A stretch of DNA of 64,000 nt, taken from assembly GCF_009914755.1 (NCBI RefSeq), contig NC_060947.1; one strand, given 5' to 3'. The notes beneath the pieces are model-generated. The model was not told where the DNA came from. It did no database searches and was given only the letters and a program-made list of their open reading frames with translations. Both the position numbers and the translations under genes were made by a program. Below are positions 38,906 through 58,466 of this stretch, in pieces (within the stretch, counting starts at the first letter, position 1; the number at the start of each line of letters is the position of its first letter). The stretch is from the human T2T-CHM13v2.0 reference genome, Homo sapiens.

Positions 38906-41546
38906 TGAAGCAATTTTTAATCTTCCTTAAAAACAGTGATCTTTTCCCAATTTGGCCTCCTAGAGAATTTAGAGCATTGTTGGATTGATGATGCCACTGT
39001 AACATTTACAGTCACATAGAATTTATTAATGTTATATATATTAATCCTCTATCTTATATCCTAAAAATATTATAAGTTCTATTAAGATGGACTTTCTATA
39101 GCATACTTTTTCTCTGCCATAGAACCTAATTTACATTGTAAATACAAAAAAAACCCTACTATTATTAATTTAATAACATTGTGACTCTATATTCTATCTT
39201 GTTCATTTCTTCTTATATCTGGCAACTTTTGTGTGAAATTGCTCCCTCATTTTTATGCTGTGTTAAGAGTTAATAAATATCAGGAAGTTGAAGATTCTTG
39301 GAAAATAGGTTTCAATTTGAATCAATAATTCCACATGCAATGCTAAATATTGGGACCTTCATGAAGTAGATGCACCTCTACATCTATATAAATATGTAGA
39401 GGATCTAACCCTCCATCCACAAACTATCTTTGCTTTCCCCTCCAGCTTTTCCTTCCATGTCAATGAAATCTTACCTACTTTCACAAGCAGGAAGTCTTGC
39501 TCTGACCTCTAGTGTTGTCACTTATAATGTGTTTTCTATGCTTATTTGGAAGTTAATGGTGAAGAGAAAAGGCTAAAATAAAAGGACATATAAAGAGGAA
39601 TACATTCATCCATTCTCACACTGCTAAATTACATCCATTCTCACACTTTATAAATTACCTGAGACTGGGTAATTTATAAAGGAAAGAGGCTTGATTGACT
39701 CATAGTTCCACGTGCCTGGGGAGGCCTCAGGAAACTTACAATCATGGTGGAAGGGAAGGAAGGCACCTTATTCCCAAGGTCGAGGAAAGAGCCCGTTATA
39801 AAACCATCAGATCTCATGAGAACTCACTCACTATCATGAGAACAGCATGGAGGAACCGCCTATATAATTCAATTACCTCCACCTGGTCTCACCCTTGACA
39901 CATGGGAATTATTACAATTCAAGGTGAGATTTGAGTGGGGACGCAATGCCAAATTATATCATTCTGCCCCCTGGTTCCTCCAAAATCTCATGTCCTCCTA
40001 TATAAAAACACAATCATGCCCTTCCAACAGTCACCCAAAGTCTTAACCAATTCCAGCATTAACCCAGGAGTTCAAATCCAAAGTTTCATCTGAGACAAGG
40101 CAAGTCCCTTGTACCTATGAACCTGTAAAGCCAAAAGCAAATTAGTTACTTCCTGGATACAATGGAGGTACAGTCATTGGGTAAATACACCTATCTCAAA
40201 TGGGAGAAATTGGCCAAAACAAGGGGGCTACAGGCCCCATACAAGTCTGAAATCCAATAGGGCAGTCATTAAACCTTAAAATTCCAAAATGATCTCCTTT
40301 GACTCCATGTCTCATATCCAGGTCATGCTGATACAAGAGATGGGCTCCCATGGCCTTGGGCAGCTCCACCCCTGTGGATTTTCAGGGTACAGGTCTGCTA
40401 CTGGCTGCTTTCACAAGCAGGTGTTGAGTGGCTGTGGCTTTTCCAGGCACATGGTGCAAGCTGTAAGTGGATCTATCATTCTGAGGTCTGGAAGATGGTG
40501 GCCCTCTTCTTGCAGCTCCACTGGGCAGTGCCCCAGTAGGGACTCTGCATGGGGGCTCTGACCCCACATTTCCCTTCTGCACTGCCCTAGCAGAGGTTCT
40601 CCATGAGGGCTCTGCCCCTGCAGCAAATTTCTGTCTGGACATTCAGGCATTTCCATACATCCCCTGAAATCTAGGAGGATGTTCCCAAGCCTCAATTCAT
40701 GACAGAAGTGCACCCACAGGCTGAACACTATGTGTAAGCCAACAAAGCTTGGAGCTTGCACCCTCTGAAGCAATGGCCCAAGCTGTAGCTTGGCCCCTTT
40801 TAGCCATGGCTATAGCTGAAGAAGCTGGCACGCAGGACACCATGTCCCAAGGCTGCACAGATCGGGGGTGGCGGGGCTGGGCCCAGCCCACAAAACCATT
40901 TTTCCCTCCTAGGCCTCCAAGCCTGTGACAGGAGGGGCTGCTGTAAAGGTCTCTGACATACCCTGGAGACATTTGCCCCATTGACTAGGTGATTAACATT
41001 CAGCTCCTCGTTACTTATGCAATGTTTGAAGTGGGCTTGAATTTCTCTCCAGAAAATGGGTTTTTCTTTTCTATCACATCCTCAGGCTGCAAATTTTCCA
41101 AACTATTATGCTCTGCTTTCTCTTGAATGCTTTGCCACTAAAAATTTGTTCTGTTAGATACCCTAGATCATCTCTGTCAAGTTCAAAGTTCCACAGATAT
41201 CTAGGGCAGGGGCAAAATGCTACCAGTCTCTTTGCTAAAGCATATCAAGAGTCACATTTTCTCCATTTCCCAAGAAGTTCCTCATCTCCATCTGAGACCA
41301 CCTCAGCCTGGACTTCATTGGCCATATCACTATCAGCATTTTAGCCAAAATAATTCAACAAATCTCTACTTTCCCACGTCTTCTCATCTTTTTCTGAGCC
41401 CTCCAAACTGTTCCAACCTCTGCCTGTTACCCAGGTCTAATGTCACTTTCACATTTTCAATGTGAAATCCTTACAGCAGTGCCCCACTTCCTCTGTACCA
41501 ATTTACAGTATTAGTCCATTGTCACACTGCTATAAAGAAATACCTG

Positions 41547-48007
<6,461 letters not shown>

Positions 48008-49378
48008 AAGGAAATACCTGAGACTGGATAATTTATAAAGGTAAGAGGCTTAATTGACTCACAGTTCTGCATGGCTGGAGAGCCCTCAGGAAACTTGCAA
48101 TCATGGCAGAAGGGAATACAGGGACCTTCTTTACAAGGTGGCAGGAGAGAGAAGTGAGCAAAGAGGGAAGAGTCCCTATAAATCCATCAGATCTCATGAG
48201 AACTCACTCACTATCACAAGAACAGCATGGGGGAAACCGCCCCCATGATCCAATCACTTCCCTCCCTCAACAAGTGGGGATTATAATTTGAGATGAGATT
48301 TGGGTGGGGACACAGAGCCAAACCATATTAGGGAATAAACTCTCCTCATTAATGTTTCAAAATATTATCTTTATTCCCTAATCTACCTAGTAAATATTTG
48401 TACCTCCATGAAGGAAATTTACTTCTCATCTGGCTGATCCTGCCTATGCACAAACACACACATATAATCTGTACCCAAAGCAGGTAGAAACTGGATCTCT
48501 GTCCTGAATTTCTTCCTACAGAATGTCAATTTTTCCTGAATATTTCCCCTTTCATCTCAATACTGGTTCTCCTTCTACCCTCACTCTGGAGATTTTGGCT
48601 CATTGTCCAATCAGAGCAATCTCTGAACTAGAGTCAACCTTTGATAGAACTCACCTAAAAAGGGCAAGAGTGAGCAACTTAACTTGGACACTGTAGCTTG
48701 TGTAGACTGGTTCCCCAACCTGAATCCTCTGTCATATTTTATTCTTCCTCAGTAGTTTTATCTAGTCTTCCAGCCCTGGCAGTTTGTTGCAAAAAGGAAA
48801 ATTGTTGCTGAATGAGGCTTGACTCTTGGAAGATAAGTGGTTATTCCTTAGTTTCTGCATTACCAGCTCTGGGTTTTCTTCAATGGTAAGATCATCCCAG
48901 GAATGCGAGAATGCAAAAAGCAGTGTGCTTGCATCTCCTTAATCTTTTAGGAACTGTATTAGAAATATTTCTCTTCTATCCTTGCCTTGCTATGTGGCTC
49001 ATTAGGCCTTTCTGCAGATGCCTCAGGTGATTGTTCATAGACATGTAATTTTTTAGGTCTAAAGGAGTCCCACTGTTTTGGAAGCTGGAGCTTGTCCCAC
49101 TGGGATAATCCTTCCTTCCCTATTCAGGAAGAAGTTCAGTTCTCTTAAATATTAAATCCAAATCTGACCTCAACAGCAAGCTCCAACAAGTCTTCATTAG
49201 ACCCTCTCTTCCACCCTTTGGCTGATTGTCCTGCACCAATATAAGAAGTTTCATGTATTCTATAATAAATTTTAAATCCCATTGCCCTCATAGCCGACCA
49301 GCACTACTTTTGAAACCATCAATATCTTCTTCTTGGAGTCTACCAATCTCTCTATCACTACTTTCATGGGTACGAGGT

Positions 49379-49434
49379 AATATATTCCTATGCTCCTGGA
49401 TCATGAATATATTCCTATGCTCCTGGATCATGAA
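49379..49434. repeat. Perfect 27-bp tandem duplication
   Basis: aatatattcctatgctcctggatcatg x2 followed by aa. Confidence 0.95.
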
Positions 49435-49559
49435 GGACCATAAAATAGTCTAAGGTTGTCTCCGACCCATTTGCCTAAACATAGCACACATTTACTTTTA
49501 TTTTCCCACTCCAATGCCATGATAGGATGGGATGGGAACATGGAATTTCAGATCTCATC

Positions 49560-49866
49560 CAGGCCCAGTAGCTCATGCCCATGATCCCAGCATTTTGGGA
49601 GGCCGAGGCAAGTGGATCACTTGAGGCCAGGAGTTTGAGACCAGCTTGGCCAACATGGTGAAATCCAGTCTCTACTAAAATTATAAAAATTAGCCAAGCA
49701 TAGTGGCACGCGCCTATAATCCCACCTACTTGGGAGGCTGAGGCACAAGAATCATTTAAACCCAGGAGGCAGAGATTGCAGTGAACCAAGATCATGCCAC
49801 TGCACTCCAGCCTGGTCAATAGAGCGAGACTCTGTCTCAAATAAATACATAAATACATAAACACAT
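49560..49866 (+). mobile_element. Alu (AluSz/Jb-like)
   Basis: gatcacttgaggccaggagtttgagaccagc..ctctgtctc with (AAAT/ACAT) tail. Confidence 0.92.
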
Positions 49867-51969
49867 AAAGAACTTAATGTTCCATGCTCAGTAAACATGC
49901 TCAATGATTACTGAGCATTAGTCAGTAAACAAGGGCAAAATATGTCCTGCCTTATGTGTATGAATAACAAAATATTGTTATTCATTTCTAAAGTTGATTA
50001 GCCTACAGTATCATTGGCAACATACGGATTTAGCTGTTTTATAGTATTAGTAAAGTGTTACTTAGTTCTAATTACTCCAGATTTTTCCACAGTTCTTCTT
50101 TGTAACCAGTTTGCATACAGTCATCCAGGGCTAGGGCCAATGAAGGTTATCTTTGAATGAAGCAATATTCAATTGTCTACATAGGAATCAAACCAAACAC
50201 TGTGGCCTAGCTAGTAAATGAACCACTAGATTTATACAGAAATATTATTTATCTATCTACCTGTTTAAAAATATGAATATATATATATATATGAAGTAAT
50301 TTCCTATGCACAGAACCTATTAAAAAAGACTTAAAAATTGAGGAAAGAAGATAACTATATGAGAGAACTAGGCTGAGGACAATTACTATAATTTATCACT
50401 ACATTAAGCTGCAAGCTTCCTGATAGTCAAAGCAAAATTGGAAATACGATTATGTTAGTGTTTGTTATTTGATTAAAAATACCAATTCATCTGGATATAG
50501 AGTATTTTTGCTTTTGTCTGAAACTAAACTTCTTGAAGGATTTGTCATGAAGCTCTTTATATAAGAAACATTGAACCAAAGGGATAATGTTCTTGGGGAA
50601 AAATTTCTCCACTGGCTACTTTTAAATATATCCTCAATGAAAACTGGCATATTATTAATTTATACTTTTGTGAAGGCTTGTCTACCAAGACATATATTAA
50701 TAAAGACCAAATAAGTGGTGAACTAACTTGATTCAGAATTTTAAGTCCATGCTAACCAGCCATTTCTCTACCTTTACTTTTTCTCTCAAATATCAAGTCT
50801 CTCCACCTACATTATGTTTTAAATCACTGTTAACATGAGAAGGTACAGTACTGTTACCAGTTTACTTATCTTCCACTGAACCCACACAATTAGTACATAT
50901 ATTATCTCATTTATCTCTAAAATGCAATCTACAGATAAGGAGTTACCTTCTTGCTTCACAGATGCATTATTTGCAGTGTAAAATGAAGTGACACACCTAG
51001 AAGCCACATAGTTGATTGATATACAGCTAAGATTAGAATACAGGGTCTCTTAACTTTCAACCAGATATTTATTTCATTATATTTCTACACAGATAAAATG
51101 TAAAACAGACAAATCTCCACATAACTTGGGAATAAAACATTCCCAATAAGATCACAGGCACAATATATCTACCAAGAACTATTAGCAATAAATTTTCACT
51201 ATTGCCTAAGGTTAAATGGCATTAAACCCTACTAATAAAAGGTTACTAGGAAAAATGAGATGTTTAATTTCCTTAATTTTTAAGCCAGGAAATGACACAA
51301 TCTTTCAAGATCTTAATATGCAAAATATGCTTATAAGTAATTCTGCTAAGTTTCTCAAAATGAACAAATACTCTGAAAGAAAAGTGTTCAGAAAAGACAG
51401 AAAGAACCCAAGTATCCTGACTTAATAGCTTACTGTATCATGCTTGGGTCTCTTCTGCTTTTTAAGTCATTATTTAAGGAACACATCTGAAAAGTGTCTA
51501 CTTACTGAATAAAATTCTGTGCTACACCTCCATCCCCATCAAAGATTTATTCTCACATTTTAAGAACAAATGCTCATTTTTCAAACATAGCATGGAAAAC
51601 AAAAAGGAGGAAAATAAACTTTTCATACACTGGATATGGGAGAGGAGGCACACTGTCTTATCTGAGCTTAACAGACTCTAGAGCTTGAAGATGGGTGGCT
51701 TACAGAGCTGCTGCTGCTGCTGCCCTTTCTGTCTGCTGCCACTCTTTCAAACACAGCTGCAGTTCCATCCCTCAGTGCCTGCCTAGGGAATCACTTGCCC
51801 TTTCAGGCTAATGACATGCATTTTTGTAGCTCTTATAAGTCAGAGGAAATTCAAAAAAAATGCAGATGGTAAGTATTCTCTCTGCCGGAACAAAGCTTTT
51901 TCTGCTGCGTCCTGCTATGGCAGCTGAAGGAAAAGGAAGTAGAATCTGAAAGTGTTGATCCAGAGTAAG

Positions 51970-52150
51970 TGCCAGGCACTTGAGTAAGGTACAGTCACCT
52001 CGATATTTTGGATTAATCCTCAGAGCAAATCTGAAAAGTAAATATTACTACTTCTAGTTTACAGATGAGGATATTAGGGCTCACAAATGTTAACTAATGT
52101 CAAACTGGTAAATGCATTGGTAGAATTCAAGTCTGTCTGATGCCGCCCAA
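51970..52150 (-). mobile_element. MIR SINE
   Basis: ttaatcctcagagcaaatctgaaaagtaaatattactacttctagtttacagatgagga. Confidence 0.65.
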
Positions 52151-52409
52151 GTTTTCTTAGGATTACAGCCATCATTGTGTGTTAAGAGACTTCTCAATTC
52201 TCTAGGACTAATCCATAATAAATAGGGTAAAAGAAACCATTCGGAGAACCCACATGTCACATAGGGTTTGGCCTCTAACTTGCCTTGAGCAGAGTAAAGG
52301 ACAAAAGAAATGGCAACGGAAGCATTGCAATGGTTATAGCAAACCTTCAAAAGGGAGTAAGTAGAAGAGAAAGAAGAGATTATTACATTTGAGGATGGAT
52401 TTGGGTTGT

Positions 52410-52562
52410 TTTAGGGCCTAAAACTTACTAATATAAACTGGAGGGGACAGCGCTTTTAGGAAAATAAAACAAAATTACAAATATAAAATTAAGTACAATG
52501 TCTTTTCAAGTAAGAAACCCGATGATTAAGCTTCTCTCACTTCAAAATAAATTTGTCTCTGC
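52410..52562. mobile_element. Possible MER53-like hAT fossil
   Basis: gggcctaaaactta..ggaaaataaaacaaaattacaaatataaaattaag..taagcttc..aaatttgtctctg. Confidence 0.45.
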
Positions 52563-53509
52563 TTATAGTATTCAATAAAGATAAATTTTGGAGCAAAGGG
52601 AATTATGAAGATGTGGATGGCGTTAAGAAATATGAGGTTACATGTTTCTGGGGTAAAAGAAAAATGATAGCTCTGCTTCTAATTTTTCACCTTTTATTAG
52701 CACACACACAAAAAAAACTAAAGAGTTATTAGCAAGAAATTAAGCCCTGCCAAGTAAAAGGGGTGGGCACAAATGGCCAGAATATCTCTTTCCTTTTGTT
52801 CTAGTCACTATTTTTTGGAAGTAGAGATATTTTCACATGAATCCCACCACCTGATCACTACCCATTATATAAGAGGACTGTGAAAATATGGACTTAGAAC
52901 TTAATACAAGATGACAACAGGAAAAATAAAATGGTGTGTATAAGAATAAAAAATAGGGTAGGGTGAATAGAGACAATAGATTAGGGCAACTATTAGTACA
53001 CTTGGGGGAAGAGCAGTATTTACATGAAGATGTCAATGTTATGTTTATTTGCAGTGGCATTAACCATTCTACGTTCTACATTCTACAGATCAATCTATTT
53101 AAAAGTCATCTCTAGATTGAAGGGTTGCTGTCACAGTAATTGAGTAGCTGACCTAAGTCCATAAAAATAACTGCAAACACCATTTCTGTTGGTTTTCATT
53201 CTAGTGCTTTAGTCACATAAATGAAGCTACTATGTGGACGACGTTCAGAGGGGCCTCCAGACAAAAAAAAAAGATATATTTGAGAGTATTGTGATAAAAC
53301 AGTGTATCCAAGGTTTGACTATGGCCTCGAGACCAATTTTTCCACAAACATAACAGAACTGAGACAGCCAAATGAGCATTGTTGCAAAAAGTGGTCACAC
53401 ACTTATTTTAATGATAATGCTACTGCACAAACGTTTCTAAAATTACTCAGTGAGATTAGCTGCAGAGCCTAAGAAACACTGCCTGAGTTTCCTCACTTAT
53501 GGCAAATCT

Positions 53510-53694
53510 TGATCCTCTGAGGGAGGATTTGACTTTTTAAAACAGCTAAAAGTCATTCAGAGTCAGATCTTATGAACACAGTGAGCATCAAATTGCTAAC
53601 ACACTTGGATCAAAAACGAAATGTAACTGTAAGTAATGAAACTGATCATCTGATGCAGTTCAGGATGTGGTTTCAAATGCAATTCCACAAAAGG
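53510..53694. mobile_element. MARNA (mariner) fossil, target of the THE1A-like insertion
   Basis: aaacagctaaaagtcattcagagtc..caaaaacgaaatgtaactgtaagtaatgaaactgat..gcaattccacaaaagg. Confidence 0.65.
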
Positions 53695-55748
53695 TGTATT
53701 AGTTTGTTTTCATGCTGCTGATAAAGACATGCCTGAGACTGGGAAGAAAGAGAGGTTTAATTGGACTTCAGTTCCACACAGCTGGGGAGGCCTCAGAATC
53801 ATGGCAGGAGGGGAAAGGCACTTCTTACATGGTGGTAGCAAGAGAAAAAATTAAGAAGAAGCAAAGTGGAAACCCCTGATAAACCCATCAGATCTCATGA
53901 GACTTAATTCACTATCACGAGAATAGCACGGAGAAGACCAGCCCCCATGATTCAATTACCTCCCCCGGGTCCCTCCCACAACACGTGGGAATTCTGGGAG
54001 ATATAACTCAAGTTGAGATTTGGTGGGGACACAGCCAAACCATATCATTCCACCCCGACCCCTCCAAATCTCATGTCCTCACATTTCAAAACCAATCATG
54101 CCTTCCCAACAGTCCCCCAAAGTCTTAACTCATTTCAGCATTAACCCAAAAGTTCACAGTCCAAAGTCTCATCTGAGACAAGGCAAGTCCCTTCTTCCTA
54201 TGAGCCTGTAAAATAAAAAGCAAGCTAGATACTTCCTAGATACAATGGGGGTACAGATATTGGGTAAATACAACCATTTCAAATGGGAGAAATTGGCCAA
54301 AACAAAGGGGTTACAGGGCCCATGCAATTCCAAAATCCAGCAGGGCAGTCAAATTTTAAAGCTTCAAAATGATCTCCTTTGACTCCAGGTCTTACATCCA
54401 GGTCATGCTGATGTAAGAGGTGGGTTCTCATGGTCTTGGGCAGCTCTGCCCCTGTGGCTTTGCAGGATACAGCCTCTCTCCCAGCAGCTTTCATGGGCTG
54501 GCGTTGAGTGTCTGCAACTTTTCCAGGTGCACAGCGCAAGCTGCCAGTGCATCTACCATTCTGGGTTCTAGAAGACGGTGGCCCTCTTCTCACAGCTCCA
54601 CTAGGTGGTGCCTCAGTAGGGACTCTGTGTGGGGGCGCCAACCCCACATTTCCCTTCCACACTGCCCTAGCAGAGGTTCTCCATGAGGGCCCTGCCCTGC
54701 AGAAAACTTTTGCCTGGGCATCCAGGTGTTTCCATACATCTTCTGAAATCAAGGCGGAGGTTCCCAAACCTCAGTTCTTGACTTCTGTGCACGCGCAGGC
54801 TCAACACCACGTGGAAGCTGCCAAGGCTTGGGGCTTCCAACCTCTGAAGCCACAGCTCAAGTTCTACATTGGCCCCTTTCATCCATGGCTGGAGCAGCTG
54901 GGACACAGGGCACCAAGTCCCCAGGTTGCACACAGCATGGGGACTCTGGGCCTGGCCCACAAAACCACTTTTTTTCCCTGGGCCTCTGGGCCTGTGATGG
55001 GAGGGGCTGCCATGAAGGTCTCTGACATGGCCTGTGGACATTTTCCCCATGGCCTTGCGGATTAAAATTAGGCTCCTTGCTACTTATGCAAATTTATGCA
55101 GCCAGCTTGAATTTCTCCTCAAAAACTGGGTTTTTCTTTTCTACTGCATTGTCAGACTGCACATTTTCTGAACTTTTATGCTCTGTTTCCCTTTTGAAAT
55201 GGAATGCTTTTAACAGCACACGAGTCACATTTTGAATGCTTTGCTGCTTAGAAATTCCTTCTGCCAGATACCCTAAATCATCTCTCTCAAGTTCAAAGTT
55301 CCACAAATCTCTAGGACAGGGGCAAAATGTCACCAATCTCTTTGCTAAAACATCTTCTCAGCAATGCCCCACTCCCGGTACCAGTTTACTGTATTAGTTT
55401 GTTTTCACACTGCTGATAAACACACACCAAAGACTGGGAAGAAAAAGAGGTTTAATTGGACTTACAGTTCCGCATGGGCTGGGGAGGCCTCAGAATCATG
55501 GCAGGAGGGGAAAGGCACTTCTTACATGATGGTGGCATGAGAAAAAAATTAGGAAGAAGCAAAAGTGGAAAACCCTGATAAACCCATCAGATCTCATGAG
55601 ATTTAATTCACTATCATGAGAATAGCATGGAAAAGACTGGCCCTCATGTTTTCATTACCTACCCCTGGGTCCCTCCCACAACACGTGGTAATTCTGGGAA
55701 ATACAATTCAAGTTGAGATTTGGGTGGGGACACAGCCAAACCATATCA
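53695..55748 (-). mobile_element. Two-LTR MaLR element (THE1A-like): LTRs 53695-54047 and 55390-55748, internal region with a deletion near 55350
   Basis: Both LTRs read tgtattagtttgttttca..gactgggaagaaa(a/g)agaggtttaattggactt..ccaaaccatatca; perfect 5-bp TSD aaagg. Confidence 0.95.
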
Positions 55749-56099
55749 AAAGGTGTTTACAGAAAACATCTTACCTATTGGGCTCCCATTCTCACTGGAC
55801 TGTTGTTTCTAATTCTCCCTCGTAGCAACTAACCATCTGAGACTATTGGTTGTGTAAATTAATGACCAATACTTAGCATGATCTAGCTGATTAAGGCCTG
55901 GTTGATTCATACAAAGGGAAAAACATCACTTGCACATGCACAGACTTCACCCTAACAGGACTTCATAAATGTGTGCTGTATATCACAAGACAGAATGAGT
56001 ATAACTCAGTGAAAACTCACCTTCAGGATGAAAGTGAGATTTGGGAGGAAGAAGAGAAAGAAAAGTGATAAAGTCATTCAGTGTAGTAATTTTCTAGGA

Positions 56100-56370
56100 A
56101 TTATACTGGGCATTATGCTAGGAACTGTGCTAGATATGCACTAGGCACTTCAAATACCTTTTTATCATTTAATATTATCCTTGTTACATAGCATAAGTAA
56201 TTTAATATGCTGCTGAAGAATTAAAATAAACCTAAGGATATGTATCGTTAGTCCCATTTTTAATAGACACAGAGTTATTAAGCAACTTGTTCAAGGTCTC
56301 ATAGAAAGTAAATGGGAAAACTTGTAAAGAAATCCAGGTCTGGCTAAGCTCAAGGCAATGTTCCTTGCAG
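56100..56370 (-). mobile_element. MIR SINE
   Basis: atgctaggaactgtgctaga..cccatttttaatagacacagagttattaagcaacttgttcaaggtctcatag. Confidence 0.6.
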
Positions 56371-56595
56371 GATACTATGGGGCACATGTCCTCTTACTAT
56401 AAGCATTTATAAAGTTAGCTACCTTATTTATTTATTCAATAAATATCTATTTAGCACCTATTATATTCTGGCACACTTCTAGATGCTAAAAATAAGCAAG
56501 AAAGAGGACAAAGCTCTATCCCTCATGAAGCTTACATTCTAGTGGGAAGAGGGAGACAATAATGAGATAAACAGGCAAATAAAATAGTATGTTAG

Positions 56596-58090
56596 GAGGG
56601 GTGGAGCAACATGGCTGAAAAGAAGGCACTACTGATTATCTCTCCATTAAGGACACCAATTTAGCAATGACCTACAAAAAAACATCTTCATAAGAATCAA
56701 AAATCAGGTAAGCACTCCAAATACCTGGTTTTAAATTGATATCATTGAAAGAGGCACTGAAGAGGGCAGGACAGACAGTCTAGAGTTGCCGAAGCCACCC
56801 TGCTCTCATCTCCTGGCAGTGGCTATGTGGTGCAGAGAGAGAATCTGTGTGCTTGGGAGAGGAAGAACACAGCAATTGTTAGATATTGCATTGAACTCAG
56901 TGCTGCCCTGTCACAGCAGAAAGTAAAACCTGGCTGAACTAAGCTGATTCCTGCCCATGAGGGAGTATTAAAACCAGCCCTAGCCACAGGAAAATTGTTC
57001 ATCTTAGTGGTTAGAACTTGAGTTCTAGCAAGCTTCACCACTACGGGCTAAAGTGCTCTGGAGCTCTAAACTTGAAAGGCACTCTAGGCCACAAGCACTC
57101 CTAAGTGATTCCTCGTACTGAATGAGGCTCAGAGCCCATGGTCTTCGGGGGCATGACACCTACTGAAACAACAGTGAGGGCAACTAAGGGAGTGCTTGTA
57201 CCATCCTTCACCCAACCCCAGGCTGCACAGCTCATGGCTCCAAAAGACAACCCTCCCTTCTGCCTGAAGAGAGGACAGAGAAAAGTAAAAAGGACTTTGT
57301 CTTGCATTTTGGATACCAGCATAGCTACAATAGGATAGAGAGCCGTGAGGCCCCCTTTCCAGGACCTTGCTCCCAGATGACATTTCTGGGCACACTCTGG
57401 GCCAGAAGGGAACCTGTTGCCTTGAAGGAAAGGACCCAATCCTGGCAAGACCCAACACTTGGTGACTTAAGAGCCCTTGGGCCCTCAGTAACCAGCAGTA
57501 ATATCTAGGTAGTATGCCATAGGCCTTATGTGAGACTGTGAGATTTGCTGGCTTCAGGTGAGACTCAGCACATTACCAGCTGGGCTAGCTACAAGGGCAG
57601 ACTCCTTCTGCTTGAGAAAAGTAGAGAGAAAACTTGAGAGGACTTTGTCTTGAATCTTATATAACAGCTAAGCCACAGTGGGATAGAGCACCAAGGAGGC
57701 TTCTGGGGTCCCTGATTCCAGGCCTTGGCTCTTGGATGGCATTTTGGCACCTGCCCTGGGACAGAAAGTCTTAAAACATTACAAAAAACTGAAATAATAT
57801 CAAGCATTATCTCTGACCATAATTGAATAAAACTAGAATTAATAACAAGAAGAATTTTGGAAACTATACAAATACATGGATATTAAACAATATGCTCCTG
57901 AATGACCAGCTGGACTGTTGTTAACACAGAGGATAAATGCTTGAGATAATGAGAAAGAAAGAGGTGACAGATACTCCATTTACCTTGATGTGATTATTCT
58001 GCATTGCATGCCTATATCAAAATATCTCATGTATGCATAAATATATACCCCTACTATGTACCCCCAAAATAAAATAAAGTGAAATAAAAA
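56596..58090 (+). mobile_element. L1MA2/3-type element with both termini and two large internal deletions
   Basis: 5' UTR homologous to 28578-29790, then a ~145-bp ORF2 piece homologous to 32632-32776, then the end of the 3' UTR; degenerate TSD aaaatagtatgttag/aaaagtactattgttag. Confidence 0.85.
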
Positions 58091-58296
58091 GTACTATTGT
58101 TAGATAGAGATAAGTAGTATGATGAAAAATAAAAGGAGGGAGAAAGGGAAGATGTGTGTTGGGGGGATGTTTCAATATTATATTGACTGAGAAGTTGACA
58201 CTGAGTAAATCTCTGAAGGATGTGAGAAATATAGAATATTGATCATAAAGGATCATATTCAGGAGATATATATAGAGAGAGAGAGAGAGGAGAGAG

Positions 58297-58466
58297 AGCT
58301 GGGATTACAAGCACCTGTCATAATTCCCAGCTAATTTTTGTATTTTTGTAGAGACAGGGTTTCACCTTGTTGGACAGGCTTGTCTCAAACTCCTGACCTC
58401 AGGTGATCCATCTGCTTTGGCTTCTCAAAGTGCTGGGATTACAGGCATGAGCCACTGTGCCTGGCC
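58297..58466 (-). mobile_element. Alu (AluS) left arm plus partial right arm, abutting (TA)n(GA)n
   Basis: ctcctgacctcaggtgatcc..aaagtgctgggattacaggcatgagccactgtgcctggcc. Confidence 0.9.

Noticed and set aside
54279-55065. Overlapping 127-185-aa ORFs on both strands (similar ones at 40289-40981)
   Set aside because: GC-rich THE1 internal sequence commonly gives such ORFs; no recognisable domain
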